Source: Elusimicrobiota bacterium
Lineage (GTDB): Bacteria > Elusimicrobiota > Elusimicrobia > UBA1565 > UBA9628
Length of the DNA stretch: 64,000 nucleotides
Direction: 5' to 3'
Assembly (NCBI GenBank): GCA_027371715.1
Contig: DAHXMM010000031.1
Coordinates: 12,477 to 76,476 of the forward strand
A model generated the notes under the pieces. That model saw nothing but the letters and a program-made list of their open reading frames with translations. It was not told where the DNA came from and searched no databases. This document shows, one piece after another, positions 45,544-53,761 of the stretch. Numbering within the stretch: the stretch's first letter is position 1; each line of letters starts with the position of its first letter. Both the position numbers and the translations under genes were made by a program.

Positions 45544-46338
45544 ATGATGATATTAGATCCGGTTAATGCCGTTACCTCAATTCAGTTTTATAAGAAAGTG
45601 GCCCAGCAGTCGTGGGCGCGCACGGTCGGGTATTTGTGCTATGTCGCTTTTGTATTTTCTCTCATCGCAACCGTTGCCTTTAAATTGCGCGTTGGCCCTG
45701 AGATTGACAAGACCTTCTTCTGGCTTGAAAAATCCATGCCGGTCTTGACCTTATCCAACGGCAAAATGACTTCCAATCTGACCGCGCCACTCACCCTGCG
45801 CCATCCCGATGATCCTGATGTGGCCTTGACCATTGACACGATGCGGGTGGATCCGGTGACTCCACAAATGCTGGAAAGCCAAAAGGTCATGGCTTATGTA
45901 ACTTCAAACGCCCTTTACGTTATGCGTCGTCCAGGAGAACTTCGAGTATTTGATTTTTCGTCTCAAAAGCCGATGAGTAAGCCCTTGGTCATCAACCAGG
46001 ATTTTTATGAGTCCTCCCGCCGTTTCCTCGATAAAATTCTTTATCCCTTCATCTTGGTTTTGGTTTTTACCTTGTTTGTAGTCTGGAAAGTCCTAGCGTC
46101 TTTGTTTTATTCGCTGGTGGGGATGATGATGAATTCCTTGCTCAACGCGCAATTACCCTACAATGCCCTCTTTAACATAGCGGCCTATGCCCAGACCCTA
46201 ATGGTGATTGTTCGGGCGATTTTTCTTTTTATGCCCGGTCCCTTGCCCGGAGCCGCTCCGATTTCGTTGGCGGTGACTTCAATCTACATCGCTCTTGCGA
46301 TTAAAAATATCCAAGGTCCGCAGGAAGAACTCGCTTAA
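45544..46338 (+). CDS. Polytopic membrane protein (DUF1189-like)
   Basis: The call rests on the hydrophobicity pattern. Family assignment is from memory only. Confidence 0.5.
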   Translation: MMILDPVNAVTSIQFYKKVAQQSWARTVGYLCYVAFVFSLIATVAFKLRVGPEIDKTFFWLEKSMPVLTLSNGKMTSNLTAPLTLRHPDDPDVALTIDTMRVDPVTPQMLESQKVMAYVTSNALYVMRRPGELRVFDFSSQKPMSKPLVINQDFYESSRRFLDKILYPFILVLVFTLFVVWKVLASLFYSLVGMMMNSLLNAQLPYNALFNIAAYAQTLMVIVRAIFLFMPGPLPGAAPISLAVTSIYIALAIKNIQGPQEELA

Positions 46339-46351
46339 AATTTCTTCGCTT

Positions 46352-47266
46352 TTAGAACCTAAGAGTCAGATCAAGACGATTCGTCACGCCCAAAAGCCCA
46401 AAGGGAACCCAGGCGTAGTCAATCCGAAATTTTCCGATATCGAGGCCGCCGCCTCCCGCGATGCCGCTCAGCCCATTAATTCCGCGCGCGTAGCTTTGGT
46501 TATATCCGATTCGAAGAGCCCCGCTCATCTCATTGTCTTTAAACACGCTTTCTAAACCGACGCTGAGATACGGGGCTTGGTTGGAATCGGCGACGAGGTC
46601 CATTCCGGCATTAAGAATTTCGGATAAATGCCAGATAAATCCGCCTCTCAGCTCAGTCGGCAATGGGGAAGCGACGCTCCCAACCTGGATGGGGGGGCCG
46701 AGATTGGTGATCGAAGCTCCCAGATCAACGGGTCGGTTTCCGATATCGGTTACGTGAAGCGCCTGAACTCCCAAATTTAGCGCGATGTCGGCGGCTTCGG
46801 CGGTGTCAATTTGAGAGCGAATGATGTTGACTCCACCGCCGATTAAAAGCGATTTCCAATGCTGGGCATAGGAGAGATTCATTGCCATGTCATAAGGGGT
46901 AAAACTGCCGACGGAGTTTCCGATATTGTCGTAGGCGGTTTGAGGGGCTTGCGAGAAATAAAGAAGCCCCGCTCCCAAGACGCCTCCGTTGGAGAGTGGA
47001 AGTGCGTAAGAGGCAGAACCTTCGTAAGTCGTTTGAAGAAGACTGTTATAGCCGAGATCAATTTCTGATGGATCCTCGGGTTCGAGTCTCGCCAAGCCTG
47101 CGGGGTTCCAAAATAAAGCGTCGGCGCCCTCGACCGAGGCTGCCGCGACGCCTCCCATCGCGGGAACTCTCGATCCGGTTGGAATTTGAAGAAATTCCGC
47201 TCCGGTTGTTCCTATTCCGCCACTGGTAAAAGGATTGGAAGGCAAAAAAAAAGTCGCGTGAGCCAA
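46352..47266 (-). CDS. PorV/PorQ (UPF0164)-like outer-membrane beta-barrel protein
   Basis: GAEFLQIPTGSRVPAMGGVAAA...DALFWNPAGLA is present, and the protein ends in a beta strand, LDLTLRF. A signal-peptide-like segment (AHLVFLLAVAFAPLAHA) lies in frame upstream, reachable only from the CTG at 47308. Confidence 0.65.
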   Translation of the reverse strand: MAHATFFLPSNPFTSGGIGTTGAEFLQIPTGSRVPAMGGVAAASVEGADALFWNPAGLARLEPEDPSEIDLGYNSLLQTTYEGSASYALPLSNGGVLGAGLLYFSQAPQTAYDNIGNSVGSFTPYDMAMNLSYAQHWKSLLIGGGVNIIRSQIDTAEAADIALNLGVQALHVTDIGNRPVDLGASITNLGPPIQVGSVASPLPTELRGGFIWHLSEILNAGMDLVADSNQAPYLSVGLESVFKDNEMSGALRIGYNQSYARGINGLSGIAGGGGLDIGKFRIDYAWVPFGLLGVTNRLDLTLRF

Positions 47267-47295
47267 GGGGGCAAAGGCGACGGCGAGGAGAAAGA

Positions 47296-48177
47296 CTAGA
47301 TGGGCCAGACGGGGCCCTTCCGAGTCGAAAGCGTATTCTCATCAATGGCGTCCAGATCCTTTGGGTCTTTGATTTTAAGGGGGCTTTTGTTTTTTTCCGC
47401 AGGCTCTTTGGCCGGTTCAATGTTTGTTTTCGGCGAGGTTTCTTCGGCTTTCGCGAGTTTCATTTCCGGAGTTTCTTTGATGGAAAGTTCTAATTGTTGG
47501 GGTTCTGTAACTTCCGTTTTTTGATCTTTCGATTCATTTTCAGGCTTGAGAACGAGCGTTTCCTCGATTTTGGGAGTTTTAAGTTTTATTTTTTTAGAAG
47601 AGGAAGTTTCTTCTTCTTTCACCAGCGAAGGGGCGCTCAATGTGGACATTTTTTCTGTCTGTTCTTTAAGAAGGGCGGAGATTTTTTCCAGCGCCTTGAG
47701 ATTACTCCGAGATTCTGCGATAAAAACTTTTTCTAAGGAGTTCATTTGTTCCGCGAGCTTATTCATCCCTTCGCTGAGAATTTTGATTTCCTCATTCAAA
47801 CGAGGGGCTTCTTTCATTTCTTCTTTTGCAATTGGAATAGAAGGGACGCTCTCTTGCGATGGAGAGGGGAGCGGCGCTTCCAATGGTTCAGGCGAGATAA
47901 GAGTGGGAGCCGATTCTTCGGCTAGAGTTTCCGGCGCAATTTCAAATTGTTCTCGTTCGGTTTGCGATTGGATCGGCTCTTGTGATTTTTCTTGAGGCTC
48001 TACGGATTCCAAAGCTTCTTCATTATCTTCGGTGTTTTCCTCTTCGGCTTCAACCGCGAGGCGATATTGCCCCAGAAGAAAGACAAATAAGATGAGGCTG
48101 GCAAGAAAACCTCCAGCTGAAATATAGAACCAGACGTCTTTAAGCAGATGAATCAGCATACGAAAATCGTATCGCAA
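47296..48177 (-). CDS. Membrane-anchored acidic, low-complexity hypothetical protein
   Basis: A single N-terminal TM helix is followed by E/K/P/S-rich sequence with a coiled-coil segment. Confidence 0.5.
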   Translation of the reverse strand: MRYDFRMLIHLLKDVWFYISAGGFLASLILFVFLLGQYRLAVEAEEENTEDNEEALESVEPQEKSQEPIQSQTEREQFEIAPETLAEESAPTLISPEPLEAPLPSPSQESVPSIPIAKEEMKEAPRLNEEIKILSEGMNKLAEQMNSLEKVFIAESRSNLKALEKISALLKEQTEKMSTLSAPSLVKEEETSSSKKIKLKTPKIEETLVLKPENESKDQKTEVTEPQQLELSIKETPEMKLAKAEETSPKTNIEPAKEPAEKNKSPLKIKDPKDLDAIDENTLSTRKGPVWPI

Positions 48178-48210
48178 ATGAGACGGGCTGTCAAGGGCTT
48201 TTGCGCGAAA

Positions 48211-48780
48211 TTAAAAACTAATGTTGACGGAGCTAGAACCGCAAGTTCCGGTTCCAGAACCGTGAAAGACTGCGGGAGTGGCAACATGATTAGAGTCTTG
48301 CGCTACTCCATTAACAGAGGAAAGATTAAGGTTGACAGCGCATGTCTGATTGAGCCCTGGTCCTGAGACATTGAAAGGTGCGCCTGAAATTGTGACAGAG
48401 CCTTGCGTTGTATTACTGCTCGTATAAACACATTCAGTTAAATTACTACCTGCAGCGATAGTGACGGTGCTGGCAAACAAATAACTGTCAATGGCACAAC
48501 TGGCGGGCGCGCTAGAAAAGGCAAGTTTAAGAGAGCCAGTTTCAGGAAGACAGGCGCCACTTCCTCTCGAACTAAAGCCGCCGCTAATATAGTTAATACA
48601 GGGGCCACTTGGGTCTAAATTAATCATAAAAGTATTTTGCAGCGCTGTTTGAGAAAAAGCGCTTAAAGCCCCTGCCAATGGGTTGCTGGAAGAGCTTGTG
48701 CTGCTTTTATGACAGGCTGCGAGAATCAGGCTCAAACTGAGCGTGAGAAAGAGGCCGTTCCAAAAAGAGAGCGTTTTCAT
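48211..48780 (-). CDS. Lipoprotein, hypothetical
   Basis: The lipobox is LSLILAAC, after MKTLSFWNGLFLTLS. The start at 48780 fits the promoter TTGACA-18-TAAAAT-8-ATG. Confidence 0.55.
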   Translation of the reverse strand: MKTLSFWNGLFLTLSLSLILAACHKSSTSSSSNPLAGALSAFSQTALQNTFMINLDPSGPCINYISGGFSSRGSGACLPETGSLKLAFSSAPASCAIDSYLFASTVTIAAGSNLTECVYTSSNTTQGSVTISGAPFNVSGPGLNQTCAVNLNLSSVNGVAQDSNHVATPAVFHGSGTGTCGSSSVNISF

Positions 48781-48788
48781 CAAGATTA

Positions 48789-48818
48789 ATTTTAATAAAT
48801 GAGTCATTCTCTTGTCAA
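48789..48818 (-). promoter_or_regulatory. Sigma70-like promoter with -35 TTGACA, an 18-nt spacer and -10 TAAAAT
   Basis: The reverse complement of 48813-48818 is TTGACA. The reverse complement of 48789-48794 is TAAAAT. The ATG at 48780 lies 8 nt downstream. Confidence 0.5.
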
Positions 48819-48871
48819 AAAAAGCTAGAATATGGCGGATTCTGAATCGCTAGAAAACAGAGGAAAAGAAT

Positions 48872-51800
48872 ATGCACTTAAAAACGGTGGACATTTTTGG
48901 GTATAAATCTTTCGCCCAAAAAACCCATTTGGACCTTCAACAGGGAATTAATGGAATCATTGGCCCTAATGGCTGTGGAAAATCCAACATCATGGAATCC
49001 ATTCGCTGGTGTTTGGGAGAAAGCTCCTGGAAGTCCTTGCGGGCGGATGCGATGACCGATGTCATTTTTGCCGGGACCGCTCGAAAACCCGCCTTGTCTT
49101 TTTGTGAAGTGACTTTAACTTTTGACAATTCCTCTCAAGGTCTTCCGATTCCATTTTCTGAAGTGACGGTGACCCGCCGCCTTTTTAGATCGGGGGAATC
49201 TCTTTATTTCTTAAATAAAAGCCAATGCCGACTTAAAGACGTGCGCGATCTCTTTTTAGATACGGGGCTTGGAAGCGGCGGATATGCCGTCATCGATCAG
49301 GGGCGCGTGGAAATGATGATTTCAGCCAAACCTGATGAACGGCGCGCGTTCTTTGAAGAAGCGGCTGGCGTTGCCAAATATAACGCGAGAAGAGAAGAAG
49401 CCCTTAAAAAACTTGAGCGCGTTGAAGCGGATATGGCGCGCGTGATGGACGCTCGCGCCCTGGTGGATGAACAGGTCAAGAAACTTGACTCGGACGCCAA
49501 AAAAGCGAATCTATTCCAGAAATATAAGGAAGAGCTGTCGGCGGCGGAAGCCTCGCAAATTCTAAAAGAGATTTCTCGGCTTGAATCTCTGCTGGAAGAA
49601 GGTCGCCTCAAGCGCCAGCCGTTGGAAGAATCTCTGGGCCAGAAGAAAGTTGAAATTGACGTCGCCGGCGCGGAGACTTCCGCCTTAAATTTAGAACAAG
49701 CCCAAGCCCAGGCGCAGGCGATGGAAGCGGGCAAAAAATCTTCCGAGATTAAGGCGCAAGTGGCGCGCCTTGAAGAAAGAATTCAGTCTTGGGAGCGGGA
49801 AGCCGCTTCCGCCGCGGAAAGGGTGAAGTCTCTTCAAACCGAAGAAATGACCCTGAAAGAAAAAATAGCCTCGACAGATGAAGATTTAGATCGGACGCGC
49901 GTGGATTTAGAGAAATTAGAAGCGCAGCTTGAGGTTGTTCATCAGGAAGTGGAAGGCGAGACGGAAAGAATGGAAGGTTTGTCTTTGCAGGTTTCTCAAG
50001 CCCAGTCGGAATGGGAAGAGAAGGGGCGAAAGACGCTTGAGGCTTCCGAGCGGCTTCTAGTTGAGACGCGCAAGGTCTCTGAAGGCGAGTCGGATTTGAC
50101 TCGGATAGAAGCGAGGATACGTTCTTCCTTGAGGGAATATGGGAAGGATTTAGAGGCGGCGGCTTCTTTACTCGCGGCGCTGGAATCGGCGCGCGCAGAA
50201 CTTAAACAGTGCGAAAATATTTTAGAAGCCTCAAAAGCGGATTTGGAAACAACACAGGCGGAGCTAGAGAACGCGCGGCTTAAAGAAAAAGAATTGGATG
50301 CGGAAAATTTGCGTCTCCATTCTCAAGTCGCTGAAACGCAGGCCCAGCTCAAAGCTTTGGAAGCTCGCGGCGAACAGGACGCTTATTGGGTGGGGGCCCA
50401 GACGGTGGCGCGCGCCGGTCTCCCGGGAATCGTGGGAACCTTGCAATCTCTTTTTGAGGTGGAGGAGTCTCTTCGGGTTAAAATTCAGGATATTTTGGGA
50501 GAAAGACTTCATGCGGTGGTGTGCGAGGATTCTTCCGCCGCCCGGAATGCGATTGATTTCTTAAAAGCATCGAACCGTGGGCGCTGTCGGTTTTTAGTTC
50601 TTAGCTCCATTCCCTTGGGCGTTTCTGAGAGAAGTTATCCCGAAGAAGCGATGCCGCTTTTGTCTAAAATCAAGTTTGACTCGCGCTATGAGCCTTTGAT
50701 GCGCTTTCTTTTCGCGGAAAGCTACGCTCTAGGGCCTTTGGTTTTTGGCGATCATTGGGTATTTGGCGGCGCCCTTCTTTCTCCTCATGAAGGGTTATCC
50801 TTGGCGGATATCGAGCGCCTTCGGAGAGATTTGGAATCCTTAAAAACGAGTTTGGCCGACATGGCCATTCAAAAGCAAACCGTTTCCGCTTCAATTGGCG
50901 AATGGGAAAATAAATTTCGCGACGCGTCCCGGAAAATGACTGAAGATTTGGGGCGCCGGGAATCCTTGGCCGCCCAGGTGGCGGAGAAAGAAGCGGTTTT
51001 AGCCGCGCGGCAAAAAAATAGTTTGATCGTGGAGACCGAGGCGGTGGAAGGCTTAAAAGAGTGGTCTGTTTCCGCTGATAAGCTCAAAGATCTCGAAAAT
51101 GCTTTAGGGGCTTTTCGGAGCGCGGAAGAAGCGGCTCGTTTGTCCCAGGAAGAATCTTTGAAAGCCCTTTCCATCCTCAAAGATAAACTGGTTGAGGAAA
51201 AAGCTAAGCAGGGCGCCGTAAAAGCCCGGCTTGAGGCGTTGGAGGGGCAGGCTTTCCAGTTAAAGCGTTCTTGCGAACGCCTTGAAAAGGAAAAAGAATC
51301 TCATCGTCAGTCCATCGCGCGTGCGGTGGAAGCGATTTCTTCCCTGTCTTCCAAACAGGAAGAATGCGCTTTAAGTATCGCCCAGGGCCGGCAGGAGTTG
51401 GATGTCCTCTACCGTGATTTGTCCGCTTCCGAGTCTGAGTTAAAAGCGGTGATGGAGAGACTTCAGCAGCTGGAATTGGACATTCATCAGAAAGGCGAGT
51501 CCTTGAAAATTCTCAAGGCGAATGCCGAAGCTGTTCAAGAAGAGCTTCATGCTTTGGATGTCGAAGCCAGCGCTTCTAAAAGCGCGCAGGATAGCCTCAA
51601 GTCGCGCTTATGGGATCAATGGCAGTTGACCTATGAAGAGGCAAAATCGAAATACGAGTCTCAGGAGGAAGTCAATCCCGAGCGTTTAGAATTTTTAAGA
51701 AAGCGCATTAACAATCTTGGCCACGTCAATATGGCGGCCCCAGAGGAATATCAGGATCTGACCCAGAAGCAATCTTTTCTTAATTCCCAGATTGAAGACA

Positions 51801-52387
51801 TTTCTCATGCGCGGGAAGATTTAAAGCGCGCGATTCAAACCATCAACGATTCGACCAGAGAAAATTTCCGCAATACCTTTAATGAAATCAGGGAACATTT
51901 TAAGAAACTTTATGGGACTCTTTTTGAGGGGGGCGAAGCCGATCTTGTTTTGAGCGATCCGGAAAATATTTTAGAGACCGGCATTGAAATAATGGCCCAG
52001 CCTCCGGGGAAGAAGCTTCAGAGTTTGTCTCTCTTGTCGGGTGGGGAAAAGGCTTTGACCTCGGTCGCGCTTTTGTTCGCGTTCTTCATGGTGCGTCCGT
52101 CGCCTTTTTGTATGTTGGATGAGGCCGACGCGGCATTAGACGATGCTAATGTCGAGCGCTTCGTGGGGCTTCTCAAGGAATTTGAGTCCCGGACGCAGTT
52201 TTTAATCGCCAGCCATAACAAACGCACGATGGAGGCGGCCGACGCGATTTACGGTGTCACGATGGAAGAAATGGGCGTGAGTCAACTTATCAGCGTGGAC
52301 TTTAAGAGCAGGGAGCGTTCCCAAGCTCAACCAAATCCGGCTCAAACAGCGGATTCCTCGATCAGCGAGACCCCCGTCGCGGCTTAA
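48872..52387 (+). CDS. smc: Chromosome partition protein SMC
   Basis: The protein is 1171 aa with Walker A GPNGCGKSN, long coiled coils and a hinge. The signature motif is LSGGEKALT and Walker B is MLDEADAALD. Confidence 0.93.
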   Translation: MHLKTVDIFGYKSFAQKTHLDLQQGINGIIGPNGCGKSNIMESIRWCLGESSWKSLRADAMTDVIFAGTARKPALSFCEVTLTFDNSSQGLPIPFSEVTVTRRLFRSGESLYFLNKSQCRLKDVRDLFLDTGLGSGGYAVIDQGRVEMMISAKPDERRAFFEEAAGVAKYNARREEALKKLERVEADMARVMDARALVDEQVKKLDSDAKKANLFQKYKEELSAAEASQILKEISRLESLLEEGRLKRQPLEESLGQKKVEIDVAGAETSALNLEQAQAQAQAMEAGKKSSEIKAQVARLEERIQSWEREAASAAERVKSLQTEEMTLKEKIASTDEDLDRTRVDLEKLEAQLEVVHQEVEGETERMEGLSLQVSQAQSEWEEKGRKTLEASERLLVETRKVSEGESDLTRIEARIRSSLREYGKDLEAAASLLAALESARAELKQCENILEASKADLETTQAELENARLKEKELDAENLRLHSQVAETQAQLKALEARGEQDAYWVGAQTVARAGLPGIVGTLQSLFEVEESLRVKIQDILGERLHAVVCEDSSAARNAIDFLKASNRGRCRFLVLSSIPLGVSERSYPEEAMPLLSKIKFDSRYEPLMRFLFAESYALGPLVFGDHWVFGGALLSPHEGLSLADIERLRRDLESLKTSLADMAIQKQTVSASIGEWENKFRDASRKMTEDLGRRESLAAQVAEKEAVLAARQKNSLIVETEAVEGLKEWSVSADKLKDLENALGAFRSAEEAARLSQEESLKALSILKDKLVEEKAKQGAVKARLEALEGQAFQLKRSCERLEKEKESHRQSIARAVEAISSLSSKQEECALSIAQGRQELDVLYRDLSASESELKAVMERLQQLELDIHQKGESLKILKANAEAVQEELHALDVEASASKSAQDSLKSRLWDQWQLTYEEAKSKYESQEEVNPERLEFLRKRINNLGHVNMAAPEEYQDLTQKQSFLNSQIEDISHAREDLKRAIQTINDSTRENFRNTFNEIREHFKKLYGTLFEGGEADLVLSDPENILETGIEIMAQPPGKKLQSLSLLSGGEKALTSVALLFAFFMVRPSPFCMLDEADAALDDANVERFVGLLKEFESRTQFLIASHNKRTMEAADAIYGVTMEEMGVSQLISVDFKSRERSQAQPNPAQTADSSISETPVAA

Positions 52388-52426
52388 AACAGTGAGTTGA
52401 TTTCGCCAATTTCATCTTTTCGGAAG

Positions 52427-52464
52427 TAGGTCTTTTGCCGGAAATTTTCTAGGTCCTTTGGCCC
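52427..52464 (+). promoter_or_regulatory. TAGGTC-type tandem-repeat element, copy 5
   Basis: The sequence is TAGGTCTTTTGCCGGAAATTTTCTAGGTCCTTTGGCCC. Confidence 0.65.
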
Positions 52465-52487
52465 ATTTTTTCTTCCTCATTGAATGT

Positions 52488-52493
52488 TATATG
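52488..52493 (+). promoter_or_regulatory. Candidate extended -10 (TGtTATATG), 23 nt downstream of the element
   Basis: The GAATGTTATAT block is shared with 58918-58928. Confidence 0.45.
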
Positions 52494-52515
52494 TAAGGAG
52501 AGGAGGGAAAATGCT

Positions 52516-52698
52516 ATGAATCCCTTAGACCAAAATCAACATAGACGGAAACATTCGTCCAAAGTTCGTCTTGAGTGGTCAAACAGGAGAAAGTCCGTAG
52601 TGGTCATTGGTCGCCAAATGACTCTCGGTTCTTTCGACACATTAAAGGAGAGCTATCACTGGGTTATCAAGCGCGGAACTTGTTTGCTCGAGAAATAG
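52516..52698 (+). CDS. Small basic ORF (60 aa), possibly a leader/coupling ORF
   Basis: The ATG follows AGGAGGG. Its stop, TAG, overlaps the AGGAG that precedes the in-frame CTG of the next gene. No homology was recognised. Confidence 0.25.
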   Translation: MNPLDQNQHRRKHSSKVRLEWSNRRKSVVVIGRQMTLGSFDTLKESYHWVIKRGTCLLEK

Positions 52699-53753
52699 GA
52701 GCTTTCCGCCTGAAGGCGGCGGCTTTTTTATTCGGGTTATTGTTTATGACTTTGGAATTTGTTCAGGCAGGCACGGTCGCCAATCCAAATCTGGATACTG
52801 ATTTTACCAACATGATGGGTTGGATGAGCGGACAATTGGCCAACGGCCTTGGCTTTAACGCCGGAGAAACCTTCGACCCTCCCCGGGAAGTGACCAGCCG
52901 CCGCATCGAGACCGATTTATCCCTGGGTATTGGAAATATGCCGTTTAATAAGGCGCAGTTTCCCCAACTCGATTCCTCTCTTCAGACGGTCGGCGTCGAG
53001 AATTTCTTCCCCGATTCGGTGTTGTTCCCAAATCTGACCATGCATTTAAGAGCCGGGCTTCCCTGGCGATCGGATTTTGCCTTTCGCTTTGCCGATATGA
53101 CGACGCCGTCGTCTTATCGACTCTCGAATTCCTTGACCGGAAACGGGCAGTCTAATTCCATTGGAGCCACCTTGCGGAAGCATTGCTTTGGGGAAGACGG
53201 AGAGCCTCTGCTGACTTTCGCGGCGAATTATAATCACGTCTTCGGGCGTTTCGGATATGCGACTTCGTTTTCCGGGAATCTTCCCACCGTGGGAGGCTCG
53301 AACACCCCGGTCAATGAAAACGTGTCGGGCAATTTGGGATGGAACGTCAACAGCTTCGGGCTCAACGCCATCGTCAGCCAGAAATTCGGGGCTTGGATTC
53401 CTTTCGTGGGATTGGGATACAACTACGTGACGGGACTTGTCAACGCGGGAATGACGGCCGTTGACTTAAGCGGCAATTTGGGCCCTATTGAGGGGGCGGC
53501 AAACAGCGGCCCGGCGGCTAATAATGCCAGCGTTATTTTTGGCGCGCAACTGAATCGTTCCTGGGCCAATTGGTTTTTCAACGGAGAGGTCGAAGCGGCG
53601 GGGCCGGACAAGGGGCAAGCCTGGATCGCTCAAACAGGTTTTTCTCTTCCGTTTTATATAGGCCCAGGTGGGAAAAAGGCTAACTCAGACCAAAACGGTC
53701 GAAAGAACCCGCCTTTGTCTCTTGAGCCTGGAGGAGTGATTTTGTTGCAGTAG
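52575..53753 (+). CDS. Secreted beta-rich protein, putative outer-membrane channel of the glucan locus
   Basis: A signal-peptide-like KAAAFLFGLLFMTLEFVQA starts at the CTG at 52710. There are Gly/aromatic-rich alternating strands and TGFSLPF near the end. The real start is uncertain (GTG 52575 or CTG 52710). Confidence 0.55.
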   Translation: MVKQEKVRSGHWSPNDSRFFRHIKGELSLGYQARNLFAREIGAFRLKAAAFLFGLLFMTLEFVQAGTVANPNLDTDFTNMMGWMSGQLANGLGFNAGETFDPPREVTSRRIETDLSLGIGNMPFNKAQFPQLDSSLQTVGVENFFPDSVLFPNLTMHLRAGLPWRSDFAFRFADMTTPSSYRLSNSLTGNGQSNSIGATLRKHCFGEDGEPLLTFAANYNHVFGRFGYATSFSGNLPTVGGSNTPVNENVSGNLGWNVNSFGLNAIVSQKFGAWIPFVGLGYNYVTGLVNAGMTAVDLSGNLGPIEGAANSGPAANNASVIFGAQLNRSWANWFFNGEVEAAGPDKGQAWIAQTGFSLPFYIGPGGKKANSDQNGRKNPPLSLEPGGVILLQ

Positions 53754-53761
53754 GATTTGTT

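Noticed and set aside
47058-47995. Overlapping ORFs 47058-47420 (-), 47300-47524 (+), 47494-47736 (+) and 47546-47995 (+)
   Set aside because: They are alternative frames of the low-complexity acidic gene and the PorV-like gene, and nothing supports them.
52706-52731. Hairpin CCGCC-tgaa-GGCGG followed by a T-run, as a terminator after the small ORF
   Set aside because: The stem is only 5 bp. The segment also encodes the hydrophobic core of a good signal peptide (AAAFLFGLL), so coding is the more likely explanation. It is left unresolved.
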